Assembly: GCA_051047955.1 (NCBI GenBank)
Contig: JBPGPT010000058.1
Coordinates: 1 to 56,197, forward strand
DNA: 56,197 nt
Direction of reading: 5' to 3'
DNA from: Cystobasidiomycetes sp. EMM_F5
Lineage: Eukaryota
The position numbers and the translations under genes are program-made. The notes under the pieces were generated by a model. It was not told the origin of the DNA, searched no databases, and saw nothing but the letters and a program-made list of their open reading frames with translations. This document shows positions 39,060 to 51,327 of this stretch, piece after piece (within the stretch, counting starts at the first letter, position 1; every line of letters starts with the position of its first letter).

Positions 39060-39130
39060 CTGGGATTAGCTGACATTCAAAACTGACGAGTACTAATCAA
39101 CACTGACGGATAGCTGACACTGACTAACGT
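39060..39130. promoter_or_regulatory. CTGAC motif cluster in a divergent intergenic region
   Basis: Five RCTGAC copies within ~60 bp; similar clusters at 16361-16408 and 31721-31806. Confidence 0.4.
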
Positions 39131-39406
39131 CCACGCACTCGCATCCCGCGTAACTCCATCGCATTCACAATCTTCCGATACCAGTCAACGATGTCCTGCA
39201 AAGTCTGACGGTGGGTCTGGTTGACACAAGCCAAGGTGTCGTGCTCGTCAATGTCGACCGTGACGTGCTGGCTCACTCACTCGTCCTGGGTGTCCTCGTC
39301 GTCTCGCCGTTTGCTGCTGCCTCGCCGTCTGTCCAGTCTCCACTCTGAAGCCTGACGGTGTACAAATCGGGCCTCAAACTGGCAGACGAGCACTCTGACG
39401 TCCACC

Positions 39407-41192
39407 ATGTCATCTCTCACCCGCACTCTCTCAGCCTGCCTCGCTTTTGCAATCCTGATACTCCCCATACGCATCCCCGCAACTCTCGCTCAGTCTCAAT
39501 CTGGCTCACAGTGGTCATTTGGCAATGTCGACCCCGCCTCAACAGTCATCGACGAGTGCCAGTCCATCACATTCAACATCTCACAGAGCCTAGCCAATAA
39601 ACCCCCGTTCTCCATCTGGATATGGGCGGCGTTTGGCTCGTCAAACTATGTCTCCCAGATCAGCGGACAGACCCGCTTCAACTGGACAGTCGTGTACCCT
39701 CGAGATACGCCAACAGCATTCACTCTTCTAGACAGCGAAGGCAACTCTATGGGTACCTCTCGACTCTTCACCATCGGAGCATCCTCCAATCAAGCTTGTC
39801 TGCAGCCATACAAGCGCGCTACACCGTTGCACTTGCGCTTGAACGCGACTGCTCTAGATGCCTGTGAGGCGATGGCTGTAATCATCTCGGGAGGTGCGTC
39901 CGCTCATCAGTAGACGCTCGATATGCTGGCTGACTTACACTACTACCTTCTGGCTTCCAGGTCGTCCACCGTATCGATTCTTCGTGAGCCATGCGCGGAT
40001 TACCTTGCCCTTGCAAGTGATTGATAGAGTCGCTGTTTGTTGATTCAACAGATCAGCAGCGTTAGCAGCATATTTTACGCCAACGTCTCGCTGCCCTACG
40101 ACGTCACAGCTTGGGCGTGGGTGAATGACCTTGCTACGCCCCAGACTCTAGTCTTCACCGCAGAAGACTCTGGTGAGCATCTATAATATAACATTCTTCA
40201 AGAGATCATGACTGAGATGCCTTCACCTGCCTTTCAACCATATTCTTTCGTTGTCAGAGGGTAATCTCGCTATCACTTCGGGCGGCATCGCGAGCAATGG
40301 TACCGCTGGCAGGATGTGCCCGACAAACTCGGTCGCCTTACCTTTTCCACCTGCTGGAGGCTACGACACTGCGGGCATAACCGTCAGTCGCAATACTGCC
40401 ACCATCGTGGGCAGCGTGCTGGGAAGCGTCATATTCCTGATGATCCTGGCAGTGGTCATCTTCCTCCTCTTACGCCGAAGGAAACGAACACGAGGTAGGA
40501 GAGTCATTTCCGCGCCCGTCACTCCCTTCTGGCAGAGGTCCATGGAACACGTCTCGATGGCACCTTATCCGATTGTCCGTCATAATAGCGGAGAAGCAAG
40601 CGACAGTCACAGGGATATACTATCTCGTGGAAATAGTGGAAACAGCGGAGGGAGTGGGTACGAGCCCGACTCGAGTGCAGAGGGGTATAGTCCTTCGGAA
40701 AATGCAGCGGTACCCAGTGGAACTCATACCCCGTCTGGCTACCCTGACCCTCCTCACCTACCGACAGCTTGGCCAGTGTACCCGGATCCCACCAGCACGT
40801 ACGCATCAGCCCCTTCGTCTCCGTACAAGTCGCACTTTTATTCGCGTCAGTCGGCCGACAATAGCGACTATATGGGTTCGAGCTATCCTGATCATGGCAG
40901 TCCGACAAGTGTAAGCAGTCCGATGCTGTTTCGGTCTGCTAGGTCGTCTATGGCTTCCAATGCCGCAAGGCGGCCTCTGCCTGAACTGCCGGAAGGCTCA
41001 GAGGTATCGCATGGACAGGGAGATTCGGCAATTCGGGCACTCGAGAGCAAGATATCGGAAGGGCACCAGAGATCTATGAGCACGAGTACCGTCGCTCCGT
41101 CACTCTACCAGCACGAGGATGCCGGGCACCTGTCGGGCGGGAGGGAGACGTTGCCCGAGGAGATTCCGCCAGCGTATTTGCGACGGTCGTGA
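39407..41192 (+). CDS. Single-pass type I membrane protein with duplicated ectodomain and C-terminal PPxY
   Basis: Signal peptide, two similar ectodomain units, TM IVGSVLGSVIFLMILAVVIFLLL followed by RRRKR, Ser/Pro-rich tail ending EEIPPAYLRRS*. Confidence 0.75.
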
Positions 41193-41487
41193 GAGATGCG
41201 AACTTGCGAGGTGGACGCGGAGACTGAGCTGAGGGTAGAAGGAGGGAAATGCTTGGAAACTGCAGGTTGGACGAGATGATTGCGAGGGGATTGCTGTCGA
41301 TTCGACGAGACTGACGATAGAGCTGGCTGGAGATTAGACATTTGGCGTGACGGAGACTGCGATAGACGTAAGGATTAGCTTGTAATCTTTGTGCTTTCGT
41401 TTGCCGTTTGCGAGAGTATCTTTTGGATATATATCCTGATGCAACAGGCTGGCTCTGACCAACCCGGAGACCAGCAATCCCGCCGCG

Positions 41488-42978
41488 ATGGGCCTCGAAT
41501 GTGTAATGCTGCTCGCCGACAACAGCTCGTACAGCCTGAACGGGGACTATGGCTCGTCGACGAGGTGGTCGTCCCAGGAGGACGCCATTCGAGTCGTCTT
41601 CAACCAAAAGACGGGCGTCAATCCAGAGTCGTCTGTCGGATTGATGACCATGGCTGGATCCGGGTGGGCGTGGTTTGGTGTTGGATGGCGGTCAAGCTGA
41701 TGTAGGATATCGTTTTAATCAAATGGCAGCCCTACGGTGCTCGTGTCGCCCACGCGCGAGTTTGGAAAGGTTGCCAGCGCACTCCACACGGTAAAGATGA
41801 ACGGCCAGTCGGATATCATCACCGGAATCAACGTCGCCCAGGTGGGTTCACCCCGGCCGCGTCATTATTGCAAAGGCTGACGATGATGCGATGGATATTG
41901 GATTGTACGACTGATTGAAACGCATTCGTATTCGCAGCTCGCACTCAAGCACCGTCAGAACAAGAACCAGCGCCAAAGAATCATCGTCTTTGTAGGGTCT
42001 CCCATGGACAACCCTTCCACAGCCTCGGAACTCGTAAAGCTCGGCAAGAAGCTCAAGAAGAACAATGTCGCAGTGGATATAGTCAGCTTTGGGGAGGACG
42101 CCGAAAACGAGGAGCAACTGCGTGGATTTGTCGATGCAGTCAACAGTAGCGACAACAGGTGAGCTCAGCAGCAATGCGTGCGGCACACAACACTCATTCC
42201 CTCGTTTAATTGACAGCCGTCTCGTGAGCGTACCAGCCGGGACAGTCCTCCTCTCCGACATGATTATATCATCGGGCATGCTGTCCGAGGACGGCGTCCC
42301 TCCACAGGCTTCAGCCGGACCTAGTGGCACAAATGGCGCAGGAAACGACGAGGATGGTGAATTTGGTGTGGATCCAGGCCTCGATCCAGAATTGGCAATG
42401 GTCAGTCGCAGTCTTTTGCAAATCAGGCTTCGCTCCCAAGCTCGTCTTACTCACTCATCGGCATTGCTCAGGCCCTGCGGATGTCTCTTGACGAGGAACG
42501 AGCAAGACAAGCTGCAGCGCGGCAGAGTGAACAAGCTGCGCAAGCATCGACAACCCCCACAGCTCCGTCTGAAAGTACAAGCACACCGGCACCTGAAGCC
42601 TCGACTTCGTCCTCATCCGCTTCACAGGGTGTCTCAGCGACTCAACTGAGGCCAGCCCTGAGTGCGAAAGCTGCCACTGGGCCCGCACAAGCACAAGTAC
42701 TGGATCCCTCTCCGGCAGCAGCACCAACAGCATCTGTCATCAAGCAAGAAGAGACCGAGCCGTTCCTCGGCGACGAGGATGTCAGCATGACAGAGGATGA
42801 AGAGTTGGCGATGGCGTTGGCGCTCAGCCGGGGGCAAGACGAGGAGATGGGAGACGGTAATAATCAAGATGTGGACGATGGTGATGATGATGAAGAGGAC
42901 GAGGGCTTGACGGAGGAAGAGGCGATAGCCCGCGCTATTGCCATGAGCATGAAGGAGCAGCAGCCGGGTGGTCAGTGA
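41488..42978 (+). CDS. RPN10: 26S proteasome ubiquitin receptor Rpn10 (VWA plus UIMs)
   Basis: MGLECVMLLADNSSYSLNGDY, NPESSVGLMTMAG, LALKHRQNKNQRQRIIVFVGSP, EFGVDPGLDPELAMALRMS. Confidence 0.96.
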
Positions 42979-43110
42979 TTTGGCAGGCGTCGGGGCTTTG
43001 CTTTGTCTCAAGGTATTCGTAGTGTTGTTTTCCTTGATGCGCCCAAATCGCCAAAGCGTGGCTACTGGTACAACACTTTACATTGCTTTGTGTCTCAAGA
43101 ATTCATCGTA

Positions 43111-43721
43111 TCACTCCGCGTCTGGCGTTGGGCTCGGCGGGGGTCGCTTGAGGATTGAGTCACTCCGCCCTTTGCCTGCAAAGTCCCATTTTTGCTGTTT
43201 GGTGGGCAGAAAGAGTCAAGAGTCAGCTCTGTCACACCTTACCTTACTTGGATACAACGCAGACCCACATCTTGACTCGCAATGATGTAGTAGGCCGTTA
43301 CGGGGACAATGAGTCCCCAGATGACTGATAACCGGGTCGTCTTGTTTGTGAATTTGAAGGTCTTGTAGACGTTGTCTCTCTGTGCGAGATGAGCGTCAGG
43401 ACTCTACACACAGTCTCGATATCGTCTGCGATGGGTCCCACCATGCTGTTCCATGCTTCCACCCCGGCGTCAATCTGCGGAGACGGGGTATGCCATTGTC
43501 AAGTATACGGAAGCCGAGCAAGGTATCCAGCGAGTCAGAGCGCAGTCAGTCGTCAGCACCCATCTGTCGGGATATCCTATCGGGTATATCTTGAATCACC
43601 TTGACGGGGGCTGGAGAGCGATATCGACGAGCGGAAAGCGGGATACAAGACTTGAGCATGCATTAGAATACACTTGGGTGTTTGCGGGCTCACCTGGGCC
43701 ATTCCCGTGTCCGCCAGCCAT
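43111..43721 (-). CDS. NDUFB4: Complex I accessory subunit NDUFB4/NB5M (B15); 5 exons, absent from the ORF track
   Basis: Splicing by eye gives MAGGHGNGPAPVKIDAGVEAWNSMRDNVYKTFKFTNKTTRLSVIWGLIVPVTAYYIIASQDQKWDFAGKGRSDSILKRPPPSPTPDAE*; all four introns GT-AG; one TM helix. Confidence 0.85.
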
Positions 43722-44053
43722 GGCTGCAGCCTATCTTGACCTGCTGGGCGACTCTGAGATGCTACGGCGCTGCGACTTGGACGTGTCGACTCGCAGCAGT
43801 CTTCCGGACACGTCTGTCGTGTCGGTTTGTGTCTGCTGCTTCTTGCTTTTTGTGCAAGCCTGATTTTGCTTACCCAATCTGCCTCTCGTCAAGCTGGTCG
43901 GCCCTTCGTTTTTGCGACTTGAACTTTTTGGCCCAACCGCGACTGCTGGATATCCAGCCATCCAACTTTGACCGGGAAAAGACTGCCGCAGGCTGCGAGC
44001 ACGCACAACAAGACCACGCCCATCGTACTCGGACAATCCCCAGCTTTCGAACC

Positions 44054-44812
44054 ATGTCGCGCGCATTCACATCAGCCGAGCTGGCAGACCTCAAGACCAA
44101 GGACAACCTGCACTTGGTCATTCACGGCAAGGGTGGGCGCGCTCTCTTGGGTTATTGTATCGTATCCGGACTGACTCTGCCGTCTCGCTGGCCAGTCTAT
44201 GCTGTCGCCCCGTTCGTCGACGAGGTACGTCTCGCTTGGGATCCTTCGGAAAGATAGTGTCCGACTTTGCGAGCATTCGTGATATCGCACTCGATCAGCC
44301 TCCGTCCATATCGGATCATCGTACAGACGCAGTAAACTGACTCGACTCCGAATTGCTTCATTCATCTTTCTCACAGCACCCAGGTGGCGACGAAGTACTG
44401 TACGGTGAAGCAGGACGCGATGCGACAGAAGCTTTCGAGGATGTTGGGCACTCTGACGAAGCGAGAGAGATCCTAGACAAGTACATCGTGGGGACGTGCG
44501 CGGATGTGAGTGAATGAAGGAGTCGTCCGCATATTCAAAGAGGCGGATCCCCATTCAAACCGGCAATGCTGAGACATGCTTCTCCAGTACGCAACCAAGG
44601 GACCTAAAACGGCAAATGCTGCCGCAAAATCCGGTTCATCTGCAAGTGCTAGGTGAGCAGACAATCTTCGCCCAAAATGTGTTCCGACAGGCCATTAGCT
44701 GATCGTCTCGCTCTACACAACCAGCGGAGCTGCTTCATCAATCATCTACCTGCTACCTCTCGCTGCGTTTGTCGCTTTCTTGGCCTATCACTTCGCAAGC
44801 AAGTCGTCCTAG
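44054..44812 (+). CDS. CYB5: Tail-anchored cytochrome b5
   Basis: [24 protein letters not shown]...[15 protein letters not shown]-terminal [20 protein letters not shown]. Confidence 0.93.
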
Positions 44813-45009
44813 TGACTATTTTTTCGTTTACGGTCGAGCAGCGAGCAAGGGCTGCCGTATCGGGCAGAGATATAGACCAGACCGCTGGCTAGAGTGCGCA
44901 TTTTGGGAAGCTATAGCGACTTGCAGGCGTATGTTGTAACAACATCTTGGCAGCTAGACTTTGGAGAATGCAGTACATTGTGCTGAACTACGCTTCCGCT
45001 ACAACCATG

Positions 45010-47471
45010 CTAAGCATGCTCCAGGTTTTGCCGCAACGCTCCCAGAATGTTGGCCGCACTCTTCTGTAGGCTCCAAATGCCAACAACCTTGGCGCGCTTC
45101 GCGTTGCTCTCGCGTACATGATGCGCCAGCGCCTCGTACACCTGTGCAGACACGTCCTCCAACAGCCCAATGTCATATGTCGTCCAGCTTCCGTCAAATT
45201 CCGAGAAAGGAATGTCCAAGTGGCACTTCACCGGGATGAGAGTTTTGTTGGAATTGACAAATGCGACTATCGGCCGCACGAGGGCATTGCTGACGGGAGA
45301 AAGACTGTCCGTCAAAAGCTGCATCGAAACAAGGTTAGTGTGCTAAACAAGGACGAAAGCGGACGATGCGTACAGGAACGACAGCCTTCAAATCTTTGAA
45401 ACGTATATCGAGATCGATGCTGATCGCCCTTTGTGGTTCATTGCCTTGACTTGTTGCATCATCAATACCCAGGATATGGCGCAGTGAAGCAGTAGGCGCT
45501 TCAAGTGCCTTTCCACCAGCTAGTCTAGGTCGCCCAGGGATCCTATCGTCTGGCCGGGTCGAGGGGGGAGATCGCAGCGCTGTGTCCAAATTATCAACGA
45601 TGTCGCCAATGATGGTGTTGATGCCAATATCATCGCCCGGCTCTCGTGGGAAACGAATGTCGGCTACCAGATCCGCTTTGCCGGAAGTTATCCACGACAG
45701 CGGGCCATTGTCACTGGAGGACTGCATATGGTCGATCGCTACGCCATCAACGCGAAATCTCGACTGTATGGAGCAACATGAATTTCTTTCCAATACGTGC
45801 TTTATGATTTCAGACGGTCGACCTACCATTCTCTTCCACGATCCATCACGCAGATCATCCTCGCTCGTTCTACCAATGCTTTGCGGTTTGTGCAGCGAGA
45901 AGAGGCAGTTGTCGACTTGGCCGACGATGCTGTCAGCACTAAGCATGTCGAAGAACAGCCACTGTTTCCGCAGTGTAGCAATAGCGGCTGAGAAGATGGA
46001 GAATGTGTACGGTCTAAAATTATCTGGTTGATAGACAGTTACGAGGAAATCTTCAACCTGTAGCGATTCAAGGTGGAAATCGCCAGGCTTGGCCGTGTGT
46101 CGATATCGACTTCTGTCGTATGGCGTGCCATCTGTAACGACATGGACGATATGGCTGCGGTCTATAGTAATGCAGACTTGGTAAGATGCTTCATGTGCAA
46201 AGTCTCACTGTGAGCGTACCGATCACGCCACGCACTCCCTTGACTACTGCTTCCCGGACCAAACCTTTGCCGTCAAGCCATCTCGGCAGACTCAGGGTGA
46301 CCTCGATTGTATCGATACTTAGATGAAACTTTGTATACCTTGTGGCGGGATCGTCGGGCTGAGCTGGAACTACCGCATCAATTGACGAAGCGACATGTTC
46401 TTCCGGACTACGAGGTTTCATGACCTTGTCCTGATTGCGGTTTTTCAACGCAGTCAGGACCTCACCAGTCGCGCGTCGGATCCTGGGTAATTTGCCTGTA
46501 TTTGGTTGCTTTGCTTCATCCGTCACCGCATCTCGCGCATTTGCATCTTCAGGCCCCAGCCCTCGCGATACGTAGACATTGCGAAAAGTAAGTTTGGAAT
46601 CCCCCCATGAAAATCTCGGGACAATTGCGGATTCGAAGGCAATAGTAATGCCAGCTTGAGACGTCAGGTACGATCCTAAGCTGGTCGCGATGTATTCTGG
46701 CAAAGGCCTTCACGATAAGATATTTGTTACCAAAGTAAGACGATGAGATCTTACCTTGCATCTGTAGCGAGTTGAGCAAAAGGAAGACTGCAGAGAAGAA
46801 GCTTGTCCTTTTTCCGATAGTACCGTAAGCGAGGTCAGTCTGCTTCGAGTCGGATGGGGTACGCCGACTCACGTTCCGACGATGATCCATATCCCAACGC
46901 CTCCCACGATCCAGCTTGCGAATGCAGACCAGTCGTCTGCTCGGAATCGCCTGAATCCACGGATTGTGAACCATTTAAAGCGAATCTTTAGCCGTTCGAG
47001 GAAGGAAGAAGTGCTGGATAGGAGTCTGGGAGAGATGTACTCTATCAGACGAGACTGAGCTGTAAGAGTCAGAATTACGTACTCGTCTTTTGTTGGACGT
47101 CGCAAGCTGGACGAGGGCAGGGATAGGGCTAGTCGGCGGAGGGAGGACGGGAAGTTTGACAAATGTGCTAGGACTTCTTCGGTAGACTGCTGGGCGAGAT
47201 CTTGACGGGGCGAGGTGCCTGTAGGGTGCTTCGATGGGCTTTCTTGATGATTTGTAGGTTTCGATGTAGTTGACGCGGGACGTTTGGGGGAGTCGGGGGA
47301 TGGAGTCCAATGGAGATTGCGACGAGATAGCTTCAGGGCATTGAGCGATATCTGCGGCTCCAGAGCAGCCTGACGACGAAAGTAGGCCGACAATGCCATG
47401 TACGAGCTCGAAACTGCGGCAGGACTGGAGACTGCCCGCTGAGCTGACGGCGCACGTCGCAGCAGCATCAT
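45010..47471 (-). CDS. MDM31: Mitochondrial inner membrane protein Mdm31
   Basis: FLERLKIRFKWFTIRGFRRF, FESAIVP, DSIVGQVDNCLFSLHKPQ, RFRVDGVAIDH, NALVRPIVAFVNSNKTLIPV, VGIWSLQ. Confidence 0.92.
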
Positions 47472-47632
47472 TGCCAGAATCGGTGGACGGAGCAGCGGTC
47501 CGATATCATGTACTTGCAGTCTGGTCGTCGTATTGGTCTTTAGCCAAAGAGCAATTGATATTACATCTTGGAATTGCGACAATTCAACCATCAAATCAGC
47601 AAAGTCTTTTAAATTAACACACTGCTGCATCC

Positions 47633-48178
47633 ATGGCCTCCACGACAAAGAAGCTGCGGGCCTGTTTGCTCTGCTCGCTCGTCCAGACGCCAAACGAGTT
47701 TCGAAAGAGCGGGTGTATGAATTGCGAAGTATTGTCGGTGAGGGAGAGGGAGGACGGCGAGGAGAATGGTTCTGATGGTAGATGGTGGCCTCCAGATGAA
47801 GGGCGACAAGGACCGGGTGCTCGAATGCACGACGAGCTCGTTTGATGGCTTGATTGCCGTCGTGAATCCAGAGGACAGCTGGGTGGTCAGTGGGCAGACT
47901 GGGAAACACAATGGACAAGCTGATTGGATTCTCCTCGTCCTTCTCATCCTATCCATACCCCATAATGCGCTCGTTTGCTCGCCAGGCTCGATATCAGCGG
48001 GTCGGTGAGTGGTCGTGTATTTCGTTCAAGGACATCACCTCTCGCTCAAACCTTCCCGCCAGACAAACTCGTAGCTGGTGTCTATGCCGTCCACGTCAAC
48101 GGGATCCTGCCAGAGCACATCAAGGAGGATTTGGAATCCGCCGGAATACACTACATCCCTCGAGAGCAGGCGGACTGA
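47633..48178 (+). CDS. SPT4: Transcription elongation factor Spt4
   Basis: LRACLLC...GCMNCE zinc ribbon, ECTTSSFDGLI...PEDSWVARYQRVDKLVAGVYAVHVNGILP. Confidence 0.96.
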
Positions 48179-48393
48179 TCTTTAATCTTTTGACAAGACG
48201 CAACGACAGAGTAAGGGATGTGTGCAGGATGAATTCGGAGCAAAGATCAGTGGAGTGCCGCTGTTGTTGTGTCGATATCTTGTAGAATATTGATTGCAAG
48301 ACCTCGTTGATCTTCTGCCCACCGTGCAAATGGATGATACTGCGAGTCTGATTCGAAATCTGTTATTACTGCCCTAGCCTGGCTGCCGCTTCA

Positions 48394-49903
48394 ATGGGCG
48401 ATGATGGCTCGTCTTCGTCTTCGTCGTCGTCGTCGCCGTCTTGTGCGCCGTCATGGTCTGGCTCGACTTCAGTTGTGCGGGATATTCCTTGACCGAGCTG
48501 GACGATATTCAGGATATGCACTGACCCAATTCGTACGGCTGACTCGCTCGCAGGACCAAGCGATATCGGGAACGGCAGCCGGATTCGCTTCCACAGTTTG
48601 CACACATCCTCTGGACAGGCTGAAGCGAGTTTGGACTGACTGGATGGTCCGATAACACCAAAGGCTGACGAGGGACTAATGCGCATTACAATCGCACAGA
48701 ACAATCTTCCAAGTCTCGGTCGCAGACACGAGAAAGCTCGGGATGTGGCGCACTCTGAAGACCATTGGACGAGAAGAAGGCATCGCTGGCTTGTACCGTG
48801 GTATCGGAGTAAACATTGCTGGAAACTGCGCCTCTTGGGGCTTCTACTTCTTGTGGTATGCATATTGCTTCTAAACACCTTAGAAGACTGCTGAACCTTG
48901 GACGACGACAGGTACACCATGCTCAAAAACCAGCTAGGCGCAGAAAGGGCTGGCGTCAAGCTCAATGCGGGTCAACATCTGCTAGCGTCTGCAACGTCAG
49001 GTCGGTCAGGTCTGCTTAGATACTCCATCACACCCGTTGATCCGCATGCGTGCGTGTAATGACAGGCGTCATTACTGCCTTTCTCACAAATCCGCTATGG
49101 GTGGTCAAGACTCGCATGTACACGACATCTCGGTCGCAGGAGGCAGCGTACCGCAATATGTTTGGTATGCATCATTGTGCCGCGCGACGATCGCATCTTA
49201 CGTTCTTTATACCTTAGACGGCCTGTACCAGATCACCCGCAAGGAAGGGCTACCTGGCTTGTACAAAGGCACAATCATGGCTGTGGTCGGAGTGTCGAAC
49301 GGAGCAATACAGTTCATGGCATATGAAGAGCTCAAAAAGATTGTTCGCGAGCGAAAGCTGCGTCGGTCAGTGGGAGAGTCCGAGGCAGTCGAACTGGTGA
49401 GATATCTTTTGCCCGTATTAGATGATGTTATTAAGACATCAAGCCGCAGTCAAACGTCGAGTACTCGTTAATGTCTGCAACGGCCAAGCTGTTTGCCATT
49501 GGCTTGACGTACCCTTATCAGGTTGTTCGTTCTCGTTTGCAGGTTCGAATATCAATTTACTAGTTGCGTACGATGACAGTCTGACCGTAATTTGAGCAGT
49601 ATCAAGACTTGAATATCGTCCCCGGCAAGCCACCTCCGCTTCCGTATAAATCCATCAGAGACGTTGTCCGAAGAACATATCGTCAAGAGGGTCTCACTGC
49701 CTTTTACAAGGGATTGGGGCCCAACATCATTCGCATACTTCCTGGGACGAGCGTGACATTTGTCGTGTACGAGAATTGCAGTGTGAGGGACAGCTAGCTG
49801 AAAGTCCAGCATCCTGGCTGACGTTTACACCATTCAGTCCTATCTTCGTCGCAAGGCAGAGGCGCGTACAGCGTTGCGACCTCCATCAGTCACCGCATCA
49901 TAA
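48394..49903 (+). CDS. FLX1: Mitochondrial FAD/folate carrier (SLC25A32)
   Basis: HPLDRLKTIFQ, GNCASWGFYFLWY, TNPLWVVKTRM, GVSNGAIQFMAYEELK, TYPYQVVRSRLQ, RILPGTSVTFVVYEN. Confidence 0.88.
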
Positions 49904-49991
49904 GCGTCAACGAGCACTCAGTCACCCGTGTACATTTGCCGTTTCTTGTCGTTGTAGCGTATCTTCTTCTCCGCAGCACCAACCATGAAGT

Positions 49992-51069
49992 ATGGCAAAC
50001 ACCCGCTTTGGCTATGTGCGGCAGTATGAACTGAGCGATGCGATATTGCCAAACGTGTTCCTCGTCGTCCGTCTGGACGGCAAGGGCTTCCATCGCTTTG
50101 CAGACCAGCATGGCTTTGCGAAACCCAACGACCGGCGTGCTTTGGATCTTATGAACGCAGCGGCTAAGCGGACGATGGAGAGCGAGACGCTCCGACAGCA
50201 TATCGTGCTGGCGTTTGGGGAGAGCGACGAGTTTTCTTTCTTGATTCCACGACGAAGTGACCTCTTTAAACGTCGAGAAAGGTGGCTTTTCGAGACTAAG
50301 ATAGCCAAGAAGCTGGACTGACTCGTTACTTCATCGCAGCAAGATTCTAAGCACAATCCTCTCCATCTTTACCGCTTCCTACGTCCTACTGTGGTCTCGT
50401 TATTTTGACGCAACATCGCAACTGGATCCTGCGCTCGAAGGGCCAAGTTTTGATGCGAGGTGACTAAGTGTGTGTGATTTGAGAATGTCATGCGCGTGCT
50501 GATGTTGGTATAGGGTTGTCGTGTATCCCTCTGAAAAGGAAATTATAGACTACTTCAAATGGCGGCAAGCGGATAGTAGGCAGTCTCCGCAACAAACAGG
50601 CTTTCCGGAGCCCAGACCTTATTATTATCCCGCAGCTCACATCAACAACCTCTACAATACCACGTTTTGGGCACTGATCCAGCAAGGCGGAATGTCCATT
50701 AAGGAAGCGCACGCTTGTCTGAGTGTGCGTAGTCACCGGTATCTTGGGAAGCGCTACTAACACTACGCAATACGGCGACTTAGGGCTCCGTGTCGTCACA
50801 GAAGCACGAGATACTCTTTAGTCGATTTGGCATCAACTACAATCAACTCGATGTAATGTTTCGCAAAGGGAGCATTCTGATGTGGGAGGACGACGTCGCA
50901 ACAACGACAGAAGTAGGTTACAATGCAAGCAGTACACGTGCACGAGCATTAATTTCTGTTTTTGTGCCAGACAAACGACAAGACTGCCTTACGACACATC
51001 GCGGTTGCGCACGACGATATGCTAAAAGACAGCTGGTGGGACGAGCATCGACTCGCTGTCCTTGGCTAG
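49992..51069 (+). CDS. THG1: tRNA(His) guanylyltransferase
   Basis: [69 protein letters not shown]...FRKGS. Confidence 0.96.
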
Positions 51070-51327
51070 CTCTCGAAACAAGCATTCATCTCCACTACAT
51101 GATGGCGCAAAATTCCGCTATGCACCTTGGGGTGCGTCCACAATCGCTCGAGGTGATGCCAAGCTATGCGAGGCCAGACGCAGAATTGAACACGGCGGAA
51201 GGGAAGGAGGTCTGAGTACCGTCCCCAACCAGAGTAGACGTCTGGTGCGTCCAATGCGGCTGCCAGATCAACACCGCGGCGCCGTTGCAATGGCCAATGG
51301 TGGATCTCCTAGACCAAATGGTCTAGA

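Noticed and set aside
43281..43330. C/D-box snoRNA-like ATGATG...CTGA
   Set aside because: It is the antisense of an NDUFB4 coding exon, and box C is imperfect.
47472..47918. N-terminal extension of MDM31 (ORF 46869..47918) overlapping SPT4
   Set aside because: Non-ATG start and antisense to SPT4 exons; a plausible presequence begins at the ATG at 47471.
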